33,000 bases of DNA from Paragordius varius (GCA_964247055.1 OZ176056.1:9486001-9519000), one strand, 5' to 3'. Counted from the stretch's first letter, positions 21,919 through 32,746 are shown. The notes: a model not told the origin generated them from the sequence alone. Program-made: numbers and translations.

Positions 21919-22789
21919 TATATGCAAACTGGATATGTTTAGACAGCAAATATTGATTGCATTTTTTCATTATTTGTAACTCCAATATTGCACACTATTA
22001 AACGATTTTGCCTTATTATTGCAAAAATCGTTGTTGATTTATTGCTTTTTTGAAGGTATATTTCCTCCAGTTTATAAGATAGTAAGCGCGTGATATTAGC
22101 TGTTCTAAAGAGAGATTGGTTTCTTTGGTTAGGGTTACCGATAAATGTTGCCTTTAAAATTAAATTATTAAGGTAATATTATTTACTTCGTAGCCCTTTG
22201 ATATTTTTTCAACAACGAAACACATAAATGCTTAATTCTTTATTATAACATTTACTTATACTGGCAGATATGGTTAAAATCGGTTTATTATGCCCTCGTC
22301 GCATATTTTCTTACTTTAAAGCTTTTCTTTATAAAGGAGAGTATTATCAAATCGTTTTGGAAAATTTATACGATATTATATTATTAGTGTCGATTTTCCA
22401 AATGATTTAAATTCCATTTTATATATGCTATTTGAACTGTAACAAGGCTGGCTCGAAAACAAGCTAATTTGAATTAGAATATTTAGGCGTTAATTTTAGT
22501 GTTTCTGAGGGAGTTTGTTATATAAAAGCTGTTTAATGCTATGAAAAAAGTAATAAATTATTAATAACTTTTTTCGGCGAATTCATATTGTTTTTAACTA
22601 TATATGCTTAGATATAATGAATATCTAACATTAAAAATAGATATTATTTTATTTTATACTAACAAATTTTGTGTCATTGGCGATGAGAGAGATTGATTAA
22701 GATATTTTTACAAATTGGCACATTAGCCTGATATTTTTGATAAAACAAATTGAGTAAATTGCTCCAGTTTAAATATTTCCACAAATATT

Positions 22790-24043
22790 ATGATTGTCAA
22801 GTCATATTCATTTTATCAAAATAATTCATGTTTGGAGACACAATTTTTAGTTATAAAGTGTACGAACGAAATTCCTTCCTGGCAATTGGAAATGCGAATA
22901 TCCCAATTCGATACTTATTTACAAGTAGTAATTTGGCCGATCCTCTCCATAGTCGGCATCTTGGGCAACGCTTTAGGCCTCATAATATTGCGGCGAATAC
23001 GAAGACATATGACTTTTCCAGCTACTCAGTCCTATTATTATTATTTATCAAGTCTGATTTGGATCAATTTTTGGAATTCCATCCTGAGTGTCGTGCATGA
23101 AATGCGTCCGATATGGATGAAAATTCAGGGTTCTCCCTTTGTTGCTAATCCTTACCTTCTTAAAAGCGTTTATGTAGCACTAATGTTAACTAATGGCTTG
23201 GAAGTTGGACAAACAATTGTTTTAGCATTCATGTTAAGGGACCAATATATCTCATTGGTCCATCCTTTACAACAATACAAACAATTCTGTGAAAAATATA
23301 GGGTACTTAAGTTCTCTATTCCATGGATGAGTTGTGTAATAGCTATCGCCTTTTCATTTACTACCCTTTTTTGGTATAATGTAGAGAAATGTTTTAAATC
23401 TGATTACCCATTATTAAATGTTACGCAAGACAATCACTTTTATCATTTAACACTCGATTTGAAAGAAAGCATACCAAGTGAATAGGTATATTACTTTGAT
23501 CGAGAAATATTTGTGCTGCATTGGGTAGCTTATTATGATATAATTCCTATGGCCCTTTTCTTCATTGTTCCCACTTTGATAATCCTGTTTTATGGCATAA
23601 AACTAACTTATCTGACAGGGTTGGTGCGACAGGACTCAAATACTCGTAAAAAATATCTTGGATTAAACTTTAAGTTTAAAGCAATGGAAACTTTACAAAT
23701 TTATACTATAAATTTGAATTCTGTTAGAAAAAACCAAGCCAGTCAAAATAGCTTAACTAAAGAAGCGAGGAGATTATCAACACTCAATAAAAACGATGAA
23801 TTGCCACCACAGCCATTAATTTTCATTAGAAAAGATTTATCAAACCTTATCTTCTTTATATCTTATTGCATCTGTCAATTGCCAAATGTAATAATGATAA
23901 CAGCTCGCGAACAAATACAAAATCCGACACTAATTTTGGTTTCGGACACGTCTGTTCTTATGCCTCACACTATGATAATATTTGTTTACATGTTTTGCGA
24001 CAAAAATTTTCACAAATATTTCCCGCACTATAAATTGATATAA
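22790..24043 (+). CDS. Divergent class A (rhodopsin-like) 7TM GPCR, FMRFamide-receptor/srw-like type; one in-frame TAG at 23483-23485 (pseudogene, 27-nt intron or error)
   Basis: ORFs 22790-23485 and 23513-24043 are in the same frame with only one TAG between them. There are seven hydrophobic segments: TM1 with GILGN, a TM3 end LRDQYISLVHP (DRY-like), TM5 FFIVPTLIILFY, TM6 CQLP, and TM7 IIFVYMFCDKNF. The true start codon is uncertain (22790 or MRISQF). Confidence 0.8.
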
Positions 24044-24592
24044 ACTGAATTTAACAAATTTGAATAAATATAGTAAAAGGTTTCAAGTTCACCAAAATTT
24101 GATGTGATTTTCTAGATAAAATCATCTCAAAAACATAAAATTTGAATTTTAAAAAGCATATTGTGCCAAAATATATAGACGGGAAATCTTTTGACATCAC
24201 GATACTTGTAGGTAATACCTATATTTAATCGTGAAAACACCTAATTCTAATAAGATTCCAATTGGGTTATAACCATTTTAATTATCATGGCTAAAGGTTG
24301 ACAGCTGCATATATTACAAGTTTATTAGAAAATATTTGTATTATGTATTTATTATGTTTAAACTCATTTGATCCTTATAATTCTAAGGTGAATTATAAAT
24401 CTGTTCCTATTTCTAGTGAGTAATAACGTTACAGACTGACTTAATATACAAATATTATTATTAACTGGAATTATCGATTCGGAATTATAAATATTAGGAT
24501 ATAATCTGAATAATTATGAATTACCATTTCCATCCTTTATAAATTATTGGACCTAGTTTTTCAAAACGCTAAAACAATTACTAATCATCATG

Positions 24593-24837
24593 CACTCATA
24601 AAATTGAAATTTACGGACAAAACGTAAAAATTTAGAAACAAATATTTTTTGTTAAGTCAACTTAATTTTTAAAATTAATTCTTCCCTCCTAAACTCTAAC
24701 AATATCGAATGAGACAATTAAATAAGAATTCTATTTTCTGTTAGCACGTAAAGCAATTAGTATTTAAAAAACAATTTTAAAGTATAGTCCTGTCTGTATA
24801 TTTATGCATTCAATCCGTAAAATTCCAATTTCTACTG
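24593..24837. mobile_element. MITE family A
   Basis: Left arm AAATTGAAATTTACGGACAAAACGTAAAAA; right arm AAGTATAGTCCTGTCTGTATA..ATCCGTAAAATTCCAATTTCTACTG|TA. Confidence 0.7.
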
Positions 24838-24854
24838 TAATATTGTTTTTAAAA

Positions 24855-25084
24855 AAAGAATTTAAATTATACGGAAAAATGGTAAAAATATAAAAATTAT
24901 CTTTAAATCATAACCATAATCTTTTACTGCTTAGTATTTGACATATAAACTCCCTAATTATAATTTAAAATGATATAACAGAATTTAATGATGAGGTATT
25001 TTAAAAATTATTGAAATTGTTTGATTGTTTTTAAAAAAATTTTTACATTTTTATGTTTTGTCCGTATAATTTTGATTTTTACTT
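24855..25084. mobile_element. MITE family A, degenerate, directly adjacent to the previous copy
   Basis: AAATTATACGGAAAAATGGTAAAAATATAAA..TAACCATA on the left; TTTTTATGTTTTGTCCGTATAATTTTGATTTTTACT on the right. Confidence 0.6.
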
Positions 25085-25432
25085 TTTCTGCATAAAATAA
25101 AAGAAATAATATTTGTCTATAATTAAATTTTAATAAAAAAAATAAATATACACGAATGTTACTTCAAAAGTTAAAGTTTTTTGTCTATTATACAAAAAAA
25201 TTAATACACCCAATCAAAATGGCATTCTTGAAATAATATAAAAATACATATCCTTATCTACAATAAACATAGGAAACAGAATGGCAAATCATAATTTCGT
25301 AACATTAAATGCAATTAATTTTTTTTAATTGATAAATGTAATGATAATTTAACTAAAAATTGGATAGCGAAGATTCAAGATTTTGGCTTCAGGAGTGTCC
25401 ACATGCTTTCGGAGTGCTTGGATCAGGAATAT

Positions 25433-25567
25433 TCAGTGTACGTCCTCGTTGATATGAAGGATTATGGTTTTTTCAGGTGAATCAGTAACATCGCTCTTGC
25501 AATCAATCGTAACAATTAGGGACAATAAAAGTGATACGATACCAAAAATATTTTTCTTCAAATTCAT
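25433..25567 (-). CDS. Small putative secreted peptide (44 aa as read; 59 aa ending at 25389 if one A is added in the A6 run)
   Basis: MNLKKNIFGIVSLLLSLIVTIDCKSDVTDSPEKTIILHINEDVH*, with a clear signal peptide. A +1 shift after SPEK gives NHNPSYQRGRTLNIPDPSTPKACGHS*. It is a locally GC-richer island and falls below the ORF-track cutoff. Confidence 0.5.
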   Translation of the reverse strand: MNLKKNIFGIVSLLLSLIVTIDCKSDVTDSPEKTIILHINEDVH

Positions 25568-25999
25568 AGTCTAGTTTTTTCAAAAGATTGTAAATTTAAT
25601 CAAAAAAATATCATTTTTATAGCTTTTGTATGGTATGTTTGACCGGCGTCTTAGTATATTCTACATTTTCATATAATGATATGCGAAGTAAATGTGTTCC
25701 AGGAAAACTAACTGCTTTGATAATATGTGTTACTGCCTTTAACGTCCTGACAAACAAAACTAGTTTAGTAAACTCTTCCTCAAAAGAGAAATTATCGCAT
25801 TTGCGAATATTTAAATGTCTTGGGATGTGTTTCTAAAATATAGTTTTAGAGCTTATTTCCTTTTAAGGGCACATCTTCTATTTTAAATAATAAATACAAT
25901 AAACTGCCTACTATTTATTACATAACTATATTATTACATACTTATTATATTTGTGACGAAGTAGTGATTGCGTTAGATATCTTATGACCTAATCGAAAA

Positions 26000-27130
26000 T
26001 GTAAATTTTATAAAACAATTACATGCGTAATCAGTGACGAGTAATATCAAAATTTTGCTTATTGCCTTTTGAGGAAACATGTATTTAATTGAAACTATCA
26101 GTAATAATTATGTTATATAATAACAAAAAATTTTGACTTTTTTTTAAATACCAATCTTATAAATTCAAAATTTATTTTATAATTATTCTAAAATTTTTTA
26201 TTTTTAGGGTTTATCGAAAATTTTTGAATCCGATTTAACATTAAACTCGAAATTTTCGAAATTAACAGTACAGCCATGTTATATATTATTCGGAAGAGCG
26301 CAAAAAACTGTATCTTATGTTAGTTAGTCATTAAACTATCTGATGTAATTTATTTGTGTTTATTGGTCAAAATTTTCCCTTTAATAAGTCAAAAATCTTT
26401 ACAGGCAAACTAAATTGAAAATCATATATTTTATATAGTTATTAGAATTACCTTATTATAAATTTGTAAAAATAATCTTTGGAAAAGCTTTTAGTTTGTT
26501 TTATTAATTAATTATTATCAAAATTATCCTAGTAGATACTAAAATGTATAGTTATAACTTTGAATTTATATAATGGTTATAAAAGAAGAATATCTTAACC
26601 GGCATTTTTAGTCTATAAAATTTAGATAAACTCTCTAAAGAAAATTAATTAATGTTTAGGCTGCTTTGAATGGCATAAAAGCAATAAATAATTTTAATCC
26701 AAAAACTTTCATGTGTTACCTTTTTTTGGACGTTCATTGCCATCTAGACAAAGTCTAGCTATTTTCATCCATTAGTTTATAAAATAAATTAATTATGAAA
26801 AATGTTCTCGCTACGCGCGTTTGTCCCTTCCTGTGTCCAATATTAAGAATCGATGTAAAACATATAGGTATGCATTTGAAGCTTTTAATCTTTGATATAT
26901 TATAAATGTGCATTTGTTGTATATTTTTAAAGAAAAACATTTTTTAGAGCGCATAATCAAAAAAATTAATATTATAATTTTTATTTCAGATTTTCTGTAA
27001 AAATGATAATAAATATTATAAAATTTCAAAAACTCGAGTGGCAGAAAAAATTGTTGCTTAATGTAATTAATCACATGTTAAATAACAATTTGTGTTAAAA
27101 TCAATAACGAATAAAATAATATTATATCAA
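26000..27130. repeat. Unclassified interspersed repeat, family D (inverted partner of 16370-17640)
   Basis: Co-linear reverse-complement similarity to 16370-17640 over about 1.1 kb, with many indels and substitutions. Confidence 0.75.
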
Positions 27131-27369
27131 GAATATAGGGAAATAAAACATTGATATTAATAAATAACTAGGTAGCCATTATTTATTTAAATGATCACAC
27201 CATGAATAGTCCAATGCATAAGAATTGCATGCTGTTTTTGTTAAATTCCATATATAATTTTTATAAAAGCGCTCAAAATACAAAAATCAAAATTGTTATA
27301 TATTTATTACTTTATGAAGGCTAAGTAATTGGCGCTTTAAAGTGAGACATAAGCTATATTCATATATAG

Positions 27370-27415
27370 TAGTTGTGTTTTGTTTTTACGTTTTATCCGT
27401 ATTAATTTTTAACTT
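27370..27415. mobile_element. MITE family A, truncated right arm
   Basis: TTTTTACGTTTTATCCGTATTAATTTTTAACT. Confidence 0.5.
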
Positions 27416-27945
27416 TAAAATTAAAGGAATTGTGGAAACGCATGATTAAAAATAATGAACCTATTTATTCTTGCGTGTTTTAAATGACATTTAAACCCCA
27501 TCTGATATTCTTTATTAAACGAAATAATTCGCTACGTATCAAACATAATAAGGAAGTCTTTTAACGAATATAAACTACAGTGGACGTTTTTATAATAATC
27601 CCTCCCTAATTTAACATTTTAAATAAAAGCGCCTATAAAGTAATTAGATTATACTGTTATTATAATGTATAACCAAATTTATTATGTTAAAGCTTTTCTT
27701 TGCTAGCTCCCTAACTAAATCATGTTGCTTATTAATTGAGCACGATTGGCCCTCTCAAAGCTAAATGGCTTATTATTGCGGGCATTGTTGAGGGGCACTT
27801 AGCTGAACAGCTTGGTCTAGTTTCCATCAAAATTGACGACAAATCTTATACAGGTTTTTAATTTTAACACTTTCCTCGAAGTTTTCGGTTATTTTTAACT
27901 AAATTTCTGCTTGTTTAGTACTGTTAATCAAATTAATTTATTATA

Positions 27946-28420
27946 AAAATGGAAAGTGGTGGCTTTGTGATCTGTTTCTGGAAAACCGGTAGATCCATTC
28001 AAATTTAATCGAAAAAATATAATCGTTAATGAATGCCCCGACAATCTCTTATCCTTTTTTTTGAATTAGGTCCCCAGTTCGGGCCCACCCAGTGTAATAA
28101 ACGGGTTTTTTTATAACACAAGTCCACAAAAATCGTGTCTTTGAGGCAATTTTCCCGAAGACGGTAAAAAGCTGCTTAAAATATTACCCGTAACAAGGCA
28201 CAAATTTAGATCGTGTTTTTAAAATTAGCCGTTAATTAGGCCCTTCACACCCTGAAAAATGCGCCACCATAGAATGATTTTTTAATTTTGAGGCAATTTT
28301 TCTATAAACTATGAAAAATTTTATTCAAGCTCTTTTTTTGTATCAGCCTCTGGGTTAGGGGGCTACCTGCCAACAGCTGTACCACCATATCGATACCGAG
28401 GGGTGAGCAATACTGCTTAA
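27946..28420. repeat. Family C repeat, internally deleted copy
   Basis: 27946-28160 matches 5696-5915 (AAAATGGAAAGTG..GCTTTGTGATCTGTTTC..AATGAATGCCCCGACAAT..CAGTTCGGGCCCA..ACACAAGTCCACA). It then jumps to the ~6280-6620 segment (GCTGCTT.AA.TATTACCCGT..TAGGGGGCTACC). Confidence 0.8.
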
Positions 28421-28868
28421 ATCTTAAAAAACTTTGGTAGCAAAAACAATATATATATACTAAAAACAGTTTGCTTTTTTAATCCGAATAGATTAAAAAA
28501 GATTAAAAAGTGCTATATTAAAAACTATTTAAATCAATACGCTTGTAGATCTTTAACTAAAAATTTTATTTTAAACATAATACACACACATTTTATGATA
28601 TTGTTTTAATAGTTTTGAAAGCTAGCACGGCTTATGTCATATAAACTAAAATAATTTTGTATAAATTTACTTCTTTGGAGGCCGAATGGCCCAGGTTGGG
28701 GTTCAGTGGCCTCTGTTTAAATTAAAAAAAATTAATATGTATATCATAAATATAATTTAGGATCAGTAAAAAGCACATATTAAAATTAAAACCAGATGAC
28801 CCTTATATGGTATTCAGATATGGAAATATCAGAAACTAAAGAGGAAATAGATAAATTTTAATTCGAAT

Positions 28869-31135
28869 TTGGTTGGTTGGTTTTTCCTAAGTCGTAAACG
28901 ACTTTTTGGATATAGTTTTAACTATTTCTTTCCATTTTTTTCTATCTTTAACCGCTATATTGAGCTCTTTCAGTGTCATTTTGGTCTCTTCTTTTATCAT
29001 ATCCAACCACCTCATCGGTGGTCGGCCTCGTTTCCTTTGCCCTTCTACCTTCCCAAACATTGTATCTTTCTCCAGAGAATTCGATCGCATGACATGACCA
29101 AAATATGTTAACTTTCTTTTTAAAATTATCTCCATGATGTTTGTTTTAGGTTTTATTTCTGTAGTTAGATTTTCATTCTTAATTTTATCCTTCCTGGTGT
29201 ATCCTAGCATCCTACGCCAGCAACTCCTTTCAAAAGCCATGAGCCTTTCTTTGTCCTTTTTTCTGAGAGTCCAACTCTCACATCCATATGTGGTGACCGA
29301 GAGAACGAAACAGTAGAGTAATCTTTTTTTGGTTTCAACTCCTACGCTTTTGTTTTTCCAAATCTTTATTAATTTGATCATCGCTTCTCTACCCAATCCT
29401 ATTCTCTTTCTGATGTCAGGAGTTGAAGACCCATCCTCTGGAATTATTGCCCAAAAACGTTAACTGTTTAACTATTTCTATTTCTACTCCTTCTATTATA
29501 ATTGTAGGCTTTTTTCCTGTACATAATATTTTGGTTTTGTTAGGATTAAGCCTAACATACCTCAAACTTTCCTTTCGAATCTCTACAATCAATTCCTTCA
29601 AATCATTTGCACTTTCAGCTATAAGAGTGGTATCGTCTGCAAATAAATTATTGATTGTTCTCCCTCCTATTCTTACTCCAATATTTTTACCATCCAACTT
29701 CCTCATTATCATTTCTGTGCACATATTGAACAGATAAGGGGATAACCAACACCCTTGTCTGACTCCTTTCAAGATTGGTATTTCATCTGTGTCCCCCGCT
29801 GGTGTTCTAATAATCGCTCTTTGTTTTACATACAGAGAGCTAATCAATCTTATTAAGTGAGACGATACCCCTACTAACTTTAATGATTCCCACAAGGAGT
29901 CATAGTTAATTTAATCGAATGCTTGTCTGTAATCAATAAAACACATGATAATTCTTTCTGGAACTCTTTTGATGTTTCCATTATCCTTTTCATGTTTGAG
30001 ATATGGTCTCTTGTGCTTTTCCCTTCATAAATCCGGCTTGATTTTCTGGTATTTCTGTCTGTATGATACTGTGCATTCTGTTTTGTATTACTTTTAGTAA
30101 GACCTTACTAGCGTGGCTAATAAGAGATATGTTCCGATAATTCTCGCATTGGAGTACATCTCCTTTTTTATATATTGGGAGATATACAGATGATGTCCAG
30201 TCGTTTGGCCACTCACATGTTTCCCACACCTTTTGACATAACTGGTGTAACTTTTCAACGGGAATAGCTTTTATGAACTCTATTGGGATATTGTCTAATC
30301 CCATCGCTTTGTTGTTAGGAATTTGTTTTAAGGCTAATTCAACCTCCTCTCTTAATATATCTGGATCACGTTCTTCTTCTTTTAATTGCAACACCTTTGT
30401 TTGAGGAGCCTGATAGAGTTTTTGGGTGTATTCCTTCCATCTTTCTCGTACTTCTGTTTGTTTGCACAATATGGTGCTATTCTCTTTTTTAATCTTTTGT
30501 GATGATATAAAAGGTTTATGAGTCATTTGCTTCAGTTTCTGGAACATTGGTTGCATTAATCCTTTTTTGTTATTTAATTCCACTTCCAGACATTGTTTAT
30601 TAAGAAAATCTTCGTAATCCTTCCTTGTTTGTCGTTGAAATTCTTTGTTATATAATTTTACCATTTTATTATCACCTCTTGATTTAGCTTTTCTCCTCTT
30701 TTCTGCTATCTCTATACTCTTTTCTGATATCCATTTGTTATCTTTCCTCTTTACTCTCTGCACTTTTTCTTTTGCCACTTCATTAACAACATTTTTTATC
30801 GTTCCCCATAATTGTTCTGAGCTACATCCATTGTCCAATCTTCCTAATCTATCTTTGGTTTCTGTTCTAAAACTATTTGGAATGTTCCGAGTGTCATATC
30901 TGTATATCTGTTTAACCTTATTTTTAATTATTTTAAGTTTGATTTTGGTTATTAGAAGCTCATGATCGCTAGAGCAATCGCTGCTTTTGCTTGTTTTGGT
31001 ATCGATTATAGAGCTTTTCCATTTTTGAGGACACATTATGTAATCAATTTGATTCTTATATTTACCACATGGAGAGGTCCATGTGTATAACCTCCTATTG
31101 TGTTGTGGAAACCATGTGTTGGTTATCATTTTATG
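28869..31135 (-). mobile_element. RTE-clade (BovB-like) LINE, 5'-truncated within the AP endonuclease, with frameshifts and a stop
   Basis: ITNTWF..YTWTSP..NQIDYI..SDHELL (endonuclease C-terminus); NYRNISLISHASKVLLKVIQNR; FIDYRQAFD; KGVRQGCWLSPYLFN; NNLFADDTTLIAES; YGCESWTL; YFGHVMR; GRPPMRWLD; (CCAA)3 3' tail at 28869-28880. There are frameshifts near 29995 and 29420 and an in-frame TAA near 29915. Confidence 0.93.
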
Positions 31136-31626
31136 TAAATTAAATTGATTTATAATATTCCCGCCCTTAATATTATTCTCAGAATTGTATGGACAATATT
31201 GGATAAGGTTATTCAGATCCTTATTAAAAAAATACCTTCAGTTGATAATGGATCCACCTTGGCCCCTGATAAAAAATATATATTTAGATTTTATGATTTT
31301 TTATAAGTTCTAAATAAAATAAAAACATAACCCAATTTCCAAGAAGATAAGGTAAAATATTGTTACAAAATAATTTTCCAAATTTAAAAATTAAACTTGA
31401 TAAATCAAGTACATTTTGTCCAAAAATTAATCCTAACTACGCGATTCCAATTGAGCCAATTCTACTCCATTTTCTATATATGAAATTTAATTTTTTAATC
31501 AATCTATTAAAATTCCCAAAATATATTTTTAATAAATAATTCTGGGTATTTAACCAATACAAAATTTAATAATATTTGGTGTGTATACTTATTTAAATAT
31601 ATATTTATAAAAAAATTTCTTTTCAT

Positions 31627-32746
31627 GAGATAGCTTATGACCAGCGTATTCATTTGCCGCAAAAATTTTATTTGTTTACCACCTAGTTTTTATTGAGAAA
31701 AAATCTAAATCGGGCACAAAGTAAAAATTAAGGATAATAAATGATAATTTAAAAAATAATAAAAAATTTAAGATATTATGTTTGATCATTTATTTAAGGA
31801 GATATTTTCTAAATATAAAAAGACTAAAATCTTATTTTCTAAATCTAGTTCAAAAAATGGCGTTTTTCTTTAACACATTTAATTAAAATTTAATGAAACT
31901 TTATTTAAATGATTTTTTTTAATTATTTAGCGAAACCTATTTAAATCTTATTCATATTTTATTCAGTAAAAATTACTTATATATCAAAACAACAAAAATT
32001 TGTTTTTTATTTTTGCATTTTTTTGTCATTTGGTTTATGAGTGTATAAATATATACTGTTTTATTTTGTTCTTACATGGGTGGGAATTATTAATTATATA
32101 ATTTAAGCAAAATAATATAAAAGCAGTGGAATATCAACCAACACTTACAAATCCCTGCATTAAGTCTGTTTTATAACAAATTAATATTTTTATTGGGATT
32201 TGTACGGATTGTGGGTTGATATTCCACTACTTTTAAATCCTATTTCGCATAAATTATATATACTTATTCGCACTCATGTAAGATTCTAAAATAAAATAGT
32301 ATAAATATATACTCAAACCATATGACAAAAAAATGTAAAAATAAAAAACATTTTTTGGTTTAATTTGATATATAAGTTTTTATGAATAAAATATGATTTT
32401 ATGATTTTAGTGAGTTTAGGTAGTAAATAAAAAAATATATTAATGTAGTTTCATTAAAAAATTTTGTGTTTTAAGTGTGATAAAAGAAAAACACCATCTT
32501 TTGACCTGAAATTTTATGGAAACCCTAACTCTATGATTTTAGGCTATTTATATATTGAAAATATCTCCTAAAATGATAATAAACGATAATATTTCAGATT
32601 TTATCATTATTTTTTGAATTATCCTAAATTATTCTTAATTTTCACTTTTGGCCCGATTTCGATTTTCTCTCAATCTTTCAAAAGCTAGGTTGTCAACAAA
32701 CAATAATTTTTGCGGCAAATAAATTCGCTGGTCACAAGCTATCTCT
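31627..32746. mobile_element. ~1.1-kb foldback (long inverted repeat) non-autonomous element; arms 31627-32155 and 32195-32746, 39-bp spacer
   Basis: Co-linear reverse-complement blocks: GAGATAGCTT.TGACCAGCG.ATT.ATTTGCCGCAAAAATT vs AATTTTTGCGGCAAAT.AATTCGCTGGTCACAAGCTATCTC; AAATCGGGC vs GCCCGATTT; AGTATAAATATATACT in both arms; GTGGAATATCAACC..TACAAATCCC vs GGGATTTGTA..GGTTGATATTCCAC. It may extend to GTGTGTA (31579) / TACACAC (32787). Confidence 0.85.

Noticed and set aside
23483-23485. Genome-wide TAG reassignment as an explanation for the GPCR stop
   Set aside because: Only one instance exists, and no in-frame TAG is needed in the CAP or protease exons.
27735-27860. Protein-like stretch LSTIGPLKAKWLIIAGIVEGHLAEQLGLVSIKIDDKSYTG
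   Set aside because: It is bounded by stops, has no usable acceptor in frame, and no family was recognised; possibly a relic exon.
28678-28713. GC-rich hairpin GAGGCC...GGCCTC as a candidate ncRNA
   Set aside because: It is too short and most simply a tiny retroelement 3'-end remnant.
28869-30965. Plus-strand ORFs 28869-29111, 28906-29097, 29134-29316, 29423-29737, 30645-30965 (and 15189-15452, 15674-15956)
   Set aside because: They are antisense shadows of the LINE coding sequences.
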